Assembly: GCA_963666565.1 (NCBI GenBank)
Contig: OY762911.1
Location: 1,888,001-1,952,000 of the forward strand
Origin: Thermoanaerobaculia bacterium
GTDB lineage: Bacteria; Acidobacteriota; Thermoanaerobaculia; Multivoradales; Multivoraceae
Direction of reading: 5' to 3'
Length of the DNA stretch: 64,000 nt
Shown here: positions 1-9,733 of the stretch, piece after piece
Layout of the letters: each line of letters opens with the position of its first letter
How positions within the stretch are numbered: position 1 is the first letter of the stretch
The notes under the pieces: model-generated
The model's input: only the letters and a program-made list of their open reading frames with translations
The model's database searches: none
What the model was told of the DNA's origin: nothing
Translations under genes and position numbers: made by a program

Positions 1-1
1 G

Positions 2-745
2 AACGGGGTCTCGACGCGAGTCGAGATCCGGCCGAACCGCGTCGTCGTCACTTCTCCCGGCGGGCTGCCGGAGCCGGTGACGATCGAGAACATCCGGGAG
101 CAGAACGCGGCGCGGAACCGTGCCGTGATCGCGGCTCTGCGGCGGTTCCGTCTGGCCGAGGATGCGGGACGCGGCGTCGACGTCATGGAGGACGAGATGG
201 CTGCGAACCTGCTGGCGCCGCCGGAGTTCGCCGAGCCCGACGACGGCCGGGCGGTCGCCGTCACGCTTCGGCTCGAGGCGCCGGTCACGCGGGAAGAGAG
301 GGCCTGGGTCCACGAACTCGAGCAGCAGGGCGACTTGAAGCCCGGGGACCGTCTGCTCCTGGTGGTCGCGAAGCGCGGAGAGCGGCTCACGAACGCCAGG
401 GCGAGGGAGATCCTGAGCGTCGATGCGCTTGCCGCCCGCGCCGTCCTCCAGCGGCTCCGGGACGCGGGACTGCTGGTACAGGAGGGTGAGCGCGGCGGCG
501 CGGCCTACCGGATCAGCAGCGACCTCGACCGGCGGCACGCGCATCTCGGCGCCCAGGAAGTGGACGACCTCGTGCTGGCGATGGCCGACGAGACGCCGGT
601 CACCAACGCGCTTCTGCGGGAGCGGACCGGACTCAGCCGGCCTCAGGCGCTGGCCGTGCTGGCGCGGCTCGTTGCGAGCGGGCGCCTGGAACGCCGCGGC
701 GAGCGGCGCGGCACGCGGTACGTTCCGGCCGGCGTCGACTCCTGA
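2..745 (+). CDS. C-terminal part of an ATP-binding/RecG-C (HATPase_c_4) + winged-HTH protein, 5'-truncated by the window edge
   Basis: Frame is open from position 2: VEIRPNRVVVTSPGGLP...RNRAVIAALRRFRLAEDAGRGVDVM, typical of the HATPase_c_4 domain. Two wHTH-like segments follow (LTNARAREIL; VTNALLRERTGLSRPQA...GERRGTRY). Confidence 0.75.
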   Translation, partial: NGVSTRVEIRPNRVVVTSPGGLPEPVTIENIREQNAARNRAVIAALRRFRLAEDAGRGVDVMEDEMAANLLAPPEFAEPDDGRAVAVTLRLEAPVTREERAWVHELEQQGDLKPGDRLLLVVAKRGERLTNARAREILSVDALAARAVLQRLRDAGLLVQEGERGGAAYRISSDLDRRHAHLGAQEVDDLVLAMADETPVTNALLRERTGLSRPQALAVLARLVASGRLERRGERRGTRYVPAGVDS

Positions 746-757
746 TGAACGACGACG

Positions 758-953
758 AACAAGATCCCCATAACTTGAGCATCCTTATGGGGAGTTATGC
801 GGATCTTGTTTCTCCGGCAATCCCGAAGAACAAAGTCTCCATAACTCCGTGCGCTTATGGGCGAGTTATGCATATCTTGTTCAGGCGAGAATCCGGAAGA
901 AGAAGATCGCCATAACTATGGGCATAAGACGCCGAAGTTATGGAGATCTTGTT
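758..953. repeat. Array of three AT-richer ~53-bp imperfect palindromes with a 71-bp period
   Basis: Units start at 758, 829 and 900, each resembling AACAAGATC-CCATAACT...AGTTATG-GATCTTGTT. The 18-bp spacers end in AATCC(C/G)GAAG. The array lies between convergent genes. Confidence 0.85.
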
Positions 954-976
954 TGGCGGCTGCCTCCGGCGGCGCC

Positions 977-2014
977 TCAGTGCTCGTAGTCGCGGTGGTG
1001 CCGGGCCAGCAGATCGCGGCCGAAGTCGCCGTCGAAGTCGCGCCAGACGGTGTGGCTGTGGTTCGCGCGGTTCTGGACGTTGTCGTACTCGATGACGAAG
1101 TCCGGCGCCTGGACGCGGTAGTAGTGGGGCGCGCCGGGTTCGCCGGGGCCGATCCACGCGAAGTGGATGGCGTCGCCGGCCGCCTCGACCTGGGCGCGGC
1201 GCTTCTCGGCCAGGTCGGGCGGCACGTTGCCGGCGTACTCCTCGATCAGAGCGTCGAGCAGTTCGCGCTGGTCGGGCCGCAGCGCGCTCGCGGCCAGGCC
1301 CTGAGCCTCTTCGGGCGTCACGCGCGGCCGGTTCGAGGTGAAGATGTCGCGGGGCGCTTCGTCGCCGAGCACGGCCTGCTCTCGCTGGTCGTCGTCGAGC
1401 GAGTCGAGCAGCGCGCGGGCCAGGTCCTCCTCGCGGCCCAGGGCGCGCAGCCCTTCGCGCGGACCGCTCGGGACGCGGTGCGGATTGGCGCCCAGGAACA
1501 GGGGCGTGGAGGCGGTCGCCTCGCCGGCGACGACGGTGAAGTTGAGCGACACGTGGTGCCCCTCGAAGCTCCAGCCCCAGTCGCCGTCTTCGCTCGGTTC
1601 GCCGAAGAACGTCACGTGGTAGCGGAGCGGATCCCGCATCGAGGTGAAGCGGTTGGCGCCGGCGGCTTCCTCAAGCCTGCGCAGCACGGACTCCAGGCTC
1701 ATCACGGTGGTCGTCTTGCCGTAACCCGTGCGGCTCAGGGAGGCGCTGAGCAGGGCGTGGAGCAGGTGGTGCTGTGCCGGGTCCATGTCCAGCATGGAGA
1801 GGCCCTTGCGCTCCTTCGGGATGAAGTGCCAGTCGACGCGCTCGGCGGCGTCGAAGTCGAGCATGGCGGTCGCGCGCTGCTCGTCGCTCAGGGCGGCGAG
1901 CAGGTTGTTCGCCGCCGAGGCCATCGTGTCGGAGGTCTTCTCGGCGCCGGCTGCGCCGAGGAATCCGGCCGCGCCGGCGCAGCCCAAGGCGATCAACAGC
2001 ATGCGTGCGGACAT
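977..2014 (-). CDS. DUF3500 family secreted protein
   Basis: Signal peptide, WHFIPKERKGL, WGWSFEGHHVSLNFT, YYRVQAPDFVIEYDNVQNRANHSHTVWRDFDGDFG; RBS AGGAG upstream. Confidence 0.9.
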   Translation of the reverse strand: MSARMLLIALGCAGAAGFLGAAGAEKTSDTMASAANNLLAALSDEQRATAMLDFDAAERVDWHFIPKERKGLSMLDMDPAQHHLLHALLSASLSRTGYGKTTTVMSLESVLRRLEEAAGANRFTSMRDPLRYHVTFFGEPSEDGDWGWSFEGHHVSLNFTVVAGEATASTPLFLGANPHRVPSGPREGLRALGREEDLARALLDSLDDDQREQAVLGDEAPRDIFTSNRPRVTPEEAQGLAASALRPDQRELLDALIEEYAGNVPPDLAEKRRAQVEAAGDAIHFAWIGPGEPGAPHYYRVQAPDFVIEYDNVQNRANHSHTVWRDFDGDFGRDLLARHHRDYEH

Positions 2015-2185
2015 CGTATGTCTCCTGCGGTTCGTCGCGCGGGCGGCGCCTGACCGGACGCGCGCTCGTTGGCCGGTTCGGACGTTTCAGCGTATCGCGC
2101 ATAGGTGGGCCGCCCGTCTTCGCACGGGGCGCCCGTCCCGAGCGCATGCGTAGCGTTTCGCGGTACAAGGACCTAGGATTGCCCG

Positions 2186-3799
2186 ATGGGGTTGCTGGAC
2201 GAAAGCCGGGCGGTGTTGCCGCTCCTGTTGCGCGACAACTGGCGGCGGGGTTCGAAGGAGCGTTTCGGCCGACTCCTCGTGGCCGGCATCTCCCTGTTCG
2301 TCGGCATGCTCGCGGCGGTCGGCGTCGCGGCGACGTTCGAGTTGCAGGACGAGCGGCTGCGGCGGAACACGCTGAATCTCCTGGCGGCTCTGGGAGTCGT
2401 GTTCTGGCTGGTCGGGACGATCGTCGGCCGGCTGGAGCTGTCCCGGCACTTCGAGTTCCGGGGGCTGCTGACGCTGCCCGTCCAGTTCAGGACGCTCTAT
2501 GCGCTGCGGGTCGGCGCAGGGATGTCCGGCCCCTGGCTTGCCTTGTTCGGTCCGTCGATCGTCTACGTTCTCGCCACGCGGACCGCGGGTCTTCCGGGCG
2601 CGGTCGTCGCCCTGCTCGCGACGATGGCCCTGGTCGTCCTGCTCGGCCGCCTGGTCGCCCTCGCTCTGCTGAAGCTCGACGACCTGAACGCAAGCTGGTT
2701 GACGACGGCGGCGCTGCTGGTGCTGGCGCTGGCGGCGGCGTTCGCCGTCGAGCCCGTGATGAAGGACCGGGCCCTCGACCTGACGGAGCAGCCGGTCATC
2801 GAACTGATCGCGGACCAGGTGCGCGGGTCGCGGCTGCTGGCTGCCGCCAGCTACCTGCCGGGCGGCGTGGTGGCCGCGATCTTCGAGGCGCCGCGGGACC
2901 TCGGGGCGAACCTCGCGCGGCTGGCCGGCCTGTGGCTCGCGGCGGTCGGCTGCATGCTGCTCGAGTACCGGATTCTGAGGAACGAGCGCCGCTTCTCGTC
3001 GACGGGAGCGGGCGAAGTCGCGGGAGTCCACCTGCCGCTCGCGTGGATTCTGCGCCGGACGACACGCCTCGGGCCCTCGACCTGTCTGACCCTGATCGAG
3101 TTCGATTCCTGGATGCGCCTGAAGTGGGTCCGGGGCGTCCTGGTGCTCGGCGTCTTTCTCATTCCGTTGCTGCAGACGGGCCGGCTTCTGGGCATCGTGC
3201 AGACGCTGTTCATCGTCGGGTTCCTGCTCACGCTTCGCAACAACGTCTACGGGACGGCGCACCGCTCGATCGGGGAGCGGTTCCTCCTGCCCGTGCGCCT
3301 GGTCGACCTGACGACCGCCGGCGGAAGGGGGCTGACGCTCTTCCCGGCCTTCGTCTTCGGCGTCGCCGTGATCTGGGCTTGGCAACGGGTGGGCTGGCCG
3401 GGGTTGGGGACGTTCGTCCTGTGGTTGGCGCTCCCGGCGTGCCTCCTGATCGGCGGTCTCGGTTTCGGCGCGTACTCGTCCGCCCGCTGGCCGTATCCGG
3501 TCGACACGGGGCCCTATGCCGTCAGTATCTCGCCTTCGCCCGGCGGGTTCAGCGCCACGCTCGGCTTCGTTGCGTTCGCGATCGGGATTCCGTTTCTGCT
3601 GGAGTACCTGGCGCGGAACGTGGCCTGGGGAGCGCCGGCGGCCGCTCTCGGAGGACTGGCGCTGGTTGTATGCGCTTTGGGATCCGGCGTCCTGCTGGTC
3701 CGTGCCGCCGACCGCGTGGTGCGAGCGGATCCGTACCGGGTCCTCGACGCCTTGACCGGGCGTCGGGAAGAGGACCGAGCGTCCGGGCTCGCGGGGTGA
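2186..3799 (+). CDS. Multi-TM membrane protein, ABC-2/exporter permease-like; paralog of 12433-14024
   Basis: About 12 hydrophobic segments. Aligns with the 14024 protein (DERLRRNTLNL vs DEPLRRNLLNL; GPSIVYVLATR vs GPAALYLLATR; LEYRIL vs IEYRLL). Confidence 0.75.
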   Translation: MGLLDESRAVLPLLLRDNWRRGSKERFGRLLVAGISLFVGMLAAVGVAATFELQDERLRRNTLNLLAALGVVFWLVGTIVGRLELSRHFEFRGLLTLPVQFRTLYALRVGAGMSGPWLALFGPSIVYVLATRTAGLPGAVVALLATMALVVLLGRLVALALLKLDDLNASWLTTAALLVLALAAAFAVEPVMKDRALDLTEQPVIELIADQVRGSRLLAAASYLPGGVVAAIFEAPRDLGANLARLAGLWLAAVGCMLLEYRILRNERRFSSTGAGEVAGVHLPLAWILRRTTRLGPSTCLTLIEFDSWMRLKWVRGVLVLGVFLIPLLQTGRLLGIVQTLFIVGFLLTLRNNVYGTAHRSIGERFLLPVRLVDLTTAGGRGLTLFPAFVFGVAVIWAWQRVGWPGLGTFVLWLALPACLLIGGLGFGAYSSARWPYPVDTGPYAVSISPSPGGFSATLGFVAFAIGIPFLLEYLARNVAWGAPAAALGGLALVVCALGSGVLLVRAADRVVRADPYRVLDALTGRREEDRASGLAG

Positions 3800-3806
3800 A
3801 CCGGCG

Positions 3807-6050
3807 ATGATGGGCGCGCGGTTGCTGCCGTCGTCGTTCCGCTTGCCGGCGCCGCTCGCCCCGGCGCTCGTCGCGGCGTTCGTCGCGCCGCCGTCCGGCG
3901 TCGCCCAGGACCGGCCCAGCGTCGCGGCGCTCGGGGTCGAGCAGGCGGTTCGGGTCGACGGCGAACTGACCGACTCCGCCTGGCTGGAGGCCGAGTGGGC
4001 AGGCGGCTTCACCCAGCGCGAACCGAGCCCCGGCGCGCCCTCGACGGAAACGACGGAGTTCGCGGTCGCCTACACGCCGGACACCCTGTTCGTCGCCGTG
4101 CGCGCGAACGACCGCGAGCCGGAGAGGATCGTGGCGAAGGAGATGGAGCGTGACAGCGACCTGTTCCAGGACGATTCGATCCTGCTCATGCTGGACACGT
4201 TCCACGACCTCCGCAACGGCTACGTCCTGGTGACGAACCCGAACGGCGCCCGCGGCGACGCGCTGATCACGGACGAGGGCCGCGACGTGAACTGGGCCTG
4301 GGACGGCGTCTGGCGGGTCTCGGCGCGCCGCACGGCGGCGGGCTGGGCGGCGGAGATCGCGATTCCGGTTTCCACTCTGCGGTTCGACCCCCAGGCCGAG
4401 CGGTGGGGGCTCAACGTCCAGCGGGTCATCCGCCGGCGCAACGAGGAGACCCACTGGGCGGCGTTGCCTCTCGAAGCGAGCGTCGAAAATCTGAACCAGC
4501 AGGGGAAGATCGCCGTGTACCGCGTCTCCCTGGCGGGCGACCTGACCGGTCTTCGCGGGCTTCGGCCCTCGCGTCAGTTCGACGTGAAGCCCTACGTCAT
4601 CGGCGGCCGCACGGAGGACCCGGCCCTGGGCAGCGCCGACGACTCGGATGGCGGCATCGACCTGAAGTGGGGCCTGAGCCGCTCGATGGTTCTGGACCTG
4701 ACCTGGAACACGGACTTCGCCGAGACCGAGGTCGACGACCAGCAGGTGAACCTGACCCGGTTCTCCCTGTTCTTCCCGGAGAAGCGCGACTTCTTCCTCG
4801 AGAACGCGGGCGTGTTCGACTTCGGCCCCAGGCCCAAGGTGCCGTGGGAGAGCGCGCTGATGAGGCCGTTCTTCTCCCGCCGCATCGGCCTCGACGGAGG
4901 CCGCACGGTTCCGCTCGAGGCCGGCGCCAGACTCACGGGCCGCGCCGGGGGCTGGAACGTCGGCGCTCTCGGCGCGCGGACCGGAGCGCTCTTCGACGAG
5001 GGCGGCGGCGTGCTGGTTCCCGAGACGACCTACGGCGTGACCCGGATCACCAGGAACATCGGCGACCGCTCGACGGTCGGGGGCATTTTCACGGAGAGGC
5101 GCCGCGAGGGGTTCGAGAGCGAACGGCTCTACGGCCTCGACGTCGACTTCAAGCCGACCCAACGCCTGGAGTTCTCCGGTTTCTGGACAGTGAGCGACAA
5201 CGGAGTCGCGGATTCCGAGCAGGAGGCCAACGAATCGCGCGGGGCCGGCTTCGCCTACCAGGGGCCGGAACTCAGTCTGACGGGGGACTACGTCGAGGTA
5301 CAGCCGGACTACGAACCGGCGGTCGGATTCCTGCAGCGCCGCGACTTCCGGATGGTGAATCCACGCCTCGAGTGGCGGCCGAGGATCGAGAAGGCCGGGG
5401 TCCTCAGTTGGTGGTCCGATCTCAGCTACGAGCGCTTCGAACGGAGCAGCGACGGCCGGCTCGAGAGCCAGACGGTCGGCGTCTCGCCGCTCGGCGTGCA
5501 GACGCTGAGCGGCGAGTTCCTGTGGGGCGGCCTGAGGAGAACGAAGGAACAGTTGTTCGCCCCGTTCGAGATCTCCCCCGGCGTCGTGGTGCAGCCGGGC
5601 CTCTACGAGAACGACGGCTTCGCCGGCGGGTTCTCGACGAGCGGCAAGCGGGCCGTCTGGTTCGACAACATCACCTTCGGGGGCGGCTTCTTCGACGGCG
5701 ACTGGCTGAGAACGAACTCCACGTTGACTTTCCGCCTGTCCCGGTTCCTTCGCGTCGCGACGCAGTGGACCTACGCGGACGTCAAGCTCCAGGCCGGCGC
5801 ATTCAGCTTCGACCAGTTCGGTCAGCGGATCGACGTCTCGTTCACCCCGAACGTCCGGCTCAACCTGCTGGCCCAGTACAACACCGCCGACGAGTTGCTC
5901 GGCGTCAACGCGCGCTTCCACTGGATCTACCGGCCGGGTTCGGACCTCTTCGTCGTCTACAACGAGAACTGGACCGCCGAGACCCTCAGCCGCCGCGAGC
6001 CGCTCGGCCGGCAGTTGATCGTCAAGCTGAACTACCTGCTGCAGCGGTAG
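3807..6050 (+). CDS. CBM9-like N-terminal domain + DUF5916 (probable outer-membrane beta-barrel) protein
   Basis: VDGELTDSAW, FTQREP, DTFHDLRNGY, NTDFAETEVDDQQVNLTRFSLFFPEKRDFFLE, FFSRRIG, C-terminal VKLNYL. Confidence 0.88.
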   Translation: MMGARLLPSSFRLPAPLAPALVAAFVAPPSGVAQDRPSVAALGVEQAVRVDGELTDSAWLEAEWAGGFTQREPSPGAPSTETTEFAVAYTPDTLFVAVRANDREPERIVAKEMERDSDLFQDDSILLMLDTFHDLRNGYVLVTNPNGARGDALITDEGRDVNWAWDGVWRVSARRTAAGWAAEIAIPVSTLRFDPQAERWGLNVQRVIRRRNEETHWAALPLEASVENLNQQGKIAVYRVSLAGDLTGLRGLRPSRQFDVKPYVIGGRTEDPALGSADDSDGGIDLKWGLSRSMVLDLTWNTDFAETEVDDQQVNLTRFSLFFPEKRDFFLENAGVFDFGPRPKVPWESALMRPFFSRRIGLDGGRTVPLEAGARLTGRAGGWNVGALGARTGALFDEGGGVLVPETTYGVTRITRNIGDRSTVGGIFTERRREGFESERLYGLDVDFKPTQRLEFSGFWTVSDNGVADSEQEANESRGAGFAYQGPELSLTGDYVEVQPDYEPAVGFLQRRDFRMVNPRLEWRPRIEKAGVLSWWSDLSYERFERSSDGRLESQTVGVSPLGVQTLSGEFLWGGLRRTKEQLFAPFEISPGVVVQPGLYENDGFAGGFSTSGKRAVWFDNITFGGGFFDGDWLRTNSTLTFRLSRFLRVATQWTYADVKLQAGAFSFDQFGQRIDVSFTPNVRLNLLAQYNTADELLGVNARFHWIYRPGSDLFVVYNENWTAETLSRREPLGRQLIVKLNYLLQR

Positions 6051-6065
6051 GCGCCACCCGCTGCG

Positions 6066-7958
6066 TCAGGCGACGCTCGGGTCCGGCTGCACCGCCACCT
6101 CCCGCACGACGAACGAAGAACGCCCGCTGTTCCTCTCCCACAGGCCGACCGCCAGCCGGTAGGCGCCCGGCGGCAGGACCAGCCCGCTGCGGACGGCGAT
6201 GTACTGGCCCGCGGCCTCTTCGAGTTCGGCGACCGGCACGTTCAGTTCGAAATCCAGGTGCCGGGGCGGCATCCGGCTGCCGTCGGCGCGCTGCACCTGG
6301 AGCACGACGCGGAAGAAGCCGCTGGCGACCGGGTCGCGGGCCGCCCGCGCGGGGACGAGCGCCAGCTCGCCGATCGGCAGGCTGGCGACGACTTCGAGCG
6401 GCGTCCGTTCGGCCGCGGCGGAGCCTTCGGGCGCCGCCGTCCTCCTGACCTGGATCTCCATGCCGTGGTTGTTCTCTTCCCAGCCGAACAGCAGGGTTCC
6501 CCAGGCGCGGCTGGCCAGGTTCTGCTGGATCGTCACCGGCGCGTAGCTCGCCCGGTAGCGGAGCGAGCCGCTCCGGGCTAGAGGCCGCTGCCGCAGCCGC
6601 AGCGCGATCTCGCGGATGCCGGTGTCGCCCATCGACTCCGGCGGCGTGAAGGAGAGGGAGTAGTAGGTCGAGATGTCCGTGCGGGTCGATTGCAGGAACT
6701 CGCCGACGCCCGTGTCGGAGACGAAGGAGAGGCCGCCGGTCAGGCCGGCCAGGCTGTTCAGGCCGGAGCGGACGTTGGACAGCTCGACGATCGAGCCGCG
6801 TTCCCTGGCGCTCTCGCCGAGTTGGCTGATCGCCGGGTCGATGACCGGCGGCTTGAGCGGGTAGAACGTCACGCGGTGGGTGTTCGCGAGCGCCGCCAGT
6901 TGATCGAAGGCGTCCGCGCAGCTCAGTTCGGCGGCCATCGTCTGGAAGGCGAAGGCGCCGCCGTCATCGACCTGGACGATGTTCGTCGCGACGCCCATCC
7001 GGTCGGCCCGGTCGACGCCGAATGGCCGGTGGTTGCGGTCGTTCAGGTCGAGCGAGCCGGGCGCGCTGATCATCTCGTCGCCCTCGAGCTGCCTGGAGGA
7101 GCCCGCGAGGCGGTCGTACATCGTCTTGGCCGCGCTGTCGAGCGGGTGGCGGGGAAGGCCGTCGCTCACGAACAGGATCGCCTTGCGGCCGGGAACGAAG
7201 GCGAGCGCCTCGACCAGCGAACGCACCGCGCCGACGGTCAGCAGCGTGTCCTGGCGCAGGGCCTGGCCGAAGCTCCGCAGGTTCGCCTCCACGCTGGCCA
7301 GGGATGCCTCCCCGAGACGGTAGCGGCTGCCCCTCGCCGCCATCAGCCGCAGCGTCTCCCTCATGGCCAGGGAAGCGGAGCGCTGCTGCGAGCGCAGGGT
7401 CGTCGTCGGGATGTCCCGGTCCATCGCGGCTTCGATCGTCGTCCGCACCGCGGCGCGGTCGCGGGTCGGCGGCAGGAGCGGTTCGAGGCGCTCGCCGAAC
7501 GCTGCCGCCGCCACCCAGGTCGGGTTGGCCGCGATCTCCTCGTCGAGGGCTTCCGCGATCTCGGCCAGGGCCGCGTCGCGGTGCTTCCGCTGCAGGTGGC
7601 GTTCGTCGATGAAGAGGAGGATCGTCAGGCGGCCGGTGACCGTGGTGCGGAGGTCTTCTCCGGCCGCCACGCTCAGAATCTCGACCGGTTCGTTCTCGAC
7701 CTTGAGCTCGAAGTCGTCCTTCGTCAGGCCGGTGACCGGCCGGTCGGAGGAGTCGGTGACGACGGCGTCGAGACTGATCAGCCGGACGTCGATCGACTCG
7801 CGGAGCACGATGTCCTCTCGAATCCGCTCCTGCCGCGGTGGACGGTCCTGCGCTTCGGTCGCTGTGGGGCCCGCGAAGCTGGACGCGGCCGTGAGCGCCA
7901 TGACGGCGGTGGCGGCCAGCAGCCTCGGCGGCCGGCGGTGGCGTGCGGAACCGGTCAA
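6066..7958 (-). CDS. VWA domain protein (Acidobacterial VWFA-related type)
   Basis: Signal peptide; ISLDAVVTDSSDRPVTGLTKDDFEL, PGRKAILFVSDG, LAGLTGG, YYSLSFTP. Confidence 0.85.
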   Translation of the reverse strand: MTGSARHRRPPRLLAATAVMALTAASSFAGPTATEAQDRPPRQERIREDIVLRESIDVRLISLDAVVTDSSDRPVTGLTKDDFELKVENEPVEILSVAAGEDLRTTVTGRLTILLFIDERHLQRKHRDAALAEIAEALDEEIAANPTWVAAAAFGERLEPLLPPTRDRAAVRTTIEAAMDRDIPTTTLRSQQRSASLAMRETLRLMAARGSRYRLGEASLASVEANLRSFGQALRQDTLLTVGAVRSLVEALAFVPGRKAILFVSDGLPRHPLDSAAKTMYDRLAGSSRQLEGDEMISAPGSLDLNDRNHRPFGVDRADRMGVATNIVQVDDGGAFAFQTMAAELSCADAFDQLAALANTHRVTFYPLKPPVIDPAISQLGESARERGSIVELSNVRSGLNSLAGLTGGLSFVSDTGVGEFLQSTRTDISTYYSLSFTPPESMGDTGIREIALRLRQRPLARSGSLRYRASYAPVTIQQNLASRAWGTLLFGWEENNHGMEIQVRRTAAPEGSAAAERTPLEVVASLPIGELALVPARAARDPVASGFFRVVLQVQRADGSRMPPRHLDFELNVPVAELEEAAGQYIAVRSGLVLPPGAYRLAVGLWERNSGRSSFVVREVAVQPDPSVA

Positions 7959-8059
7959 CGGATACCCATGTTAGCGCCGGCAGGTCCGCTCTTCGCGGGA
8001 GGCGGGAGCGGGCGGTCGGGCTGCTATCCTCGCGGTTCCCGATCAGAGGAGGCAGTGTG

Positions 8060-8881
8060 ATGAAGCGGAGTCTCTCGGAACGGACGGTGTTGACGCTGCT
8101 CGCGGCGCTGGTGCTCGCGGCGGCGCCCACTGCGGCGCAGGACGCCGACTACAGGGCGCCGCGCACCCACGACGACAGGCCGGATCTCAACGGGATCTGG
8201 CAGGCGCTGGGCGCGGCCCACTGGGACATCGAACCGCACGCCGCTCGCCACGGTCCGGTGGTCGAGATGGCCGCTCTGGGCGCCGTTCCGGCCGGCCTGG
8301 GCGTGGTCGAAGGCGGAGAGATCCCCTACCTGCCGGAAGCGCTGGAGAAGCGCGACCGGAACCGGGCCGACTGGCTCGCGCTCGACCCGGCGGTCAAGTG
8401 CTACATGCCGGGCATCCCGCGCGCCAACTACATGCCCTTCCCGTTCCAGATCGTCCAGACGCCCGATCACGTCCTGATCGCCTACGAGTTCGCCAGCGCG
8501 AGCCGCGTGATCTACATGAACCGGGAGGGCTTCGAGGCTCCGTTCGACACCTGGATGGGGCACTCGATCGGGCGCTGGGAAGGGGAGACGCTGGTCGTCG
8601 ACGTGACGAGCCAGGTGCCCGATACCTGGCTCGATTCGAGCGGCAACCACCACACGGACGCGATCCACGTCGAGGAACGCTGGACGGCCATGAGCCCGTA
8701 CCACCTCCGGTACGAGGCGACGATCACCGACGAGAACGTCTACAGCCGGCCCTGGAAGATCAGCCTGCCGCTCTACCGACGGGTCGACCCGAACATGCAA
8801 CTGCTCGAGTTCAAGTGCGTCGAGTTCGCCGAGGAACTGATGTACGGTCACCTGCGCAAGGGAGCGGACTCGAGTCCCTGA
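8060..8881 (+). CDS. Conserved secreted hypothetical protein (usual DUF6152 partner)
   Basis: RBS GAGGAGG before ATG 8060; signal peptide; PDLNGIW, DPAVKCYMPGIPR, WMGHSIGRWEGETLVVD, EFKCVE. Confidence 0.85.
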   Translation: MKRSLSERTVLTLLAALVLAAAPTAAQDADYRAPRTHDDRPDLNGIWQALGAAHWDIEPHAARHGPVVEMAALGAVPAGLGVVEGGEIPYLPEALEKRDRNRADWLALDPAVKCYMPGIPRANYMPFPFQIVQTPDHVLIAYEFASASRVIYMNREGFEAPFDTWMGHSIGRWEGETLVVDVTSQVPDTWLDSSGNHHTDAIHVEERWTAMSPYHLRYEATITDENVYSRPWKISLPLYRRVDPNMQLLEFKCVEFAEELMYGHLRKGADSSP

Positions 8882-8914
8882 CCTGCCGGCGCTGGCTAGA
8901 AGAGGAGAACAGCG

Positions 8915-9340
8915 ATGAAGTTCCAGCGAATCGTCCTGACGGCGGCGGCCCTCGCCCTGGCGCTCGCCGTTCCGCTCGCCGCCCATCACGCCTTCTCGGC
9001 CGAGTTCGACGCGGACCGGCCGCTGCAGCTTCGCGGCAAGGTGACGAAGATGGAGTGGATCAACCCCCACGCCTGGATCCACCTGGAGGTCGCGAACGAC
9101 GACGGCACGTTCACCGTCTGGATGGTCGAGGGCGGCACGCCGAACACGCTCGCCCGGCGCGGCTTCACGAAGAGGTCGCTCCTGCCCGGGACGGAGATCG
9201 TCGTCGACGGCTACCAGGCGAAGGACGGCTCGAACAAGGCGAACGGCCGCGACCTGACCTTCCCGGACGGCCGCAAGCTGTTCATGGGTTCCTCCGGCAC
9301 GGGCGCGCCGCGCGACGGCCGGGACCCGACCGAGCAGTAG
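8915..9340 (+). CDS. DUF6152 family protein
   Basis: AHHAFSAEFD...GKVTKMEWINPHAWIHL...WMVEGGTPNTL; RBS GAGGAG. Confidence 0.9.
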   Translation: MKFQRIVLTAAALALALAVPLAAHHAFSAEFDADRPLQLRGKVTKMEWINPHAWIHLEVANDDGTFTVWMVEGGTPNTLARRGFTKRSLLPGTEIVVDGYQAKDGSNKANGRDLTFPDGRKLFMGSSGTGAPRDGRDPTEQ

Positions 9341-9365
9341 CCGCCGCCGGGTGCCCGACCCGCCG

Positions 9366-9437
9366 CTGGGTGCGCGGGTCTCTCTGACCCGCCGCGGCCG
9401 CCGCAGGCGGCCGGAAGCACGCGCCGGCCGGAGGCCG
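9366..9437. repeat. REP-like palindromic element copy
   Basis: CTGGGTGCGCGGGTCTCTCTGACCCGC...GCCGCCGCAGGCGGC, matching the dispersed family in this window. Confidence 0.75.
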
Positions 9438-9479
9438 CATCCGCCTTCGGCGCCGGATGAGGGGTTGGCGCCGGGCCTT

Positions 9480-9612
9480 GTTGGTCGCCATGCACAGTGG
9501 GCACGAAACGCCCTGCCTATTCGCCGCGCGCGGGGAGCGACCCAGCGCGGTGTGTCGACTGTTGTATTCGGCAGGAGACCCGGCTCGCAGGCCCACTGCG
9601 TTGACAACCAAC
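9480..9612 (-). ncRNA. Putative structured ncRNA, copy 1 (133 nt, family unknown)
   Basis: 5' GUUGGUUGUCA pairs with 3' UGGCGACCAAC, CGCAGUGGGC with GCCCACUGUG, CCUGCC with GGCAGG; apical GGG-UCGCU-CCC. G-U pairs favour the minus strand. Homologous to 14091-14226. Confidence 0.75.
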
Positions 9613-9618
9613 GGCGGG

Positions 9619-9648
9619 AAGCTACCGTGCGGGTCGCTGGCGCGTCAA
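9619..9648 (-). promoter_or_regulatory. Sigma70-type promoter for ncRNA copy 1
   Basis: TTGACG (9648-9643)-N18-TAGCTT (9624-9619)-N6-G at the first base of the closing stem. Confidence 0.7.
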
Positions 9649-9733
9649 ACCGGCTTCGCCCGCGGCGCGGCGTCTCCGCGGCGCGCGGCTCGGCGGCGTT
9701 TTCCGGTTGCCGGCCGGCCGGGCGCCATGGAGA

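Noticed and set aside
758-953. CRISPR array
   Set aside because: The repeats are 53 bp and divergent, the 18-bp spacers resemble each other, and there are no cas genes in the window.
9480-9612. Assignment as 6S RNA, SRP RNA, Y RNA or an HDV/hammerhead ribozyme
   Set aside because: Shorter than a typical 6S with no large two-sided central bubble; no SRP GGAA domain IV; no bulged-C Ro site; no CUGAnGA core or HDV P3/L3 sequence. Left unassigned.
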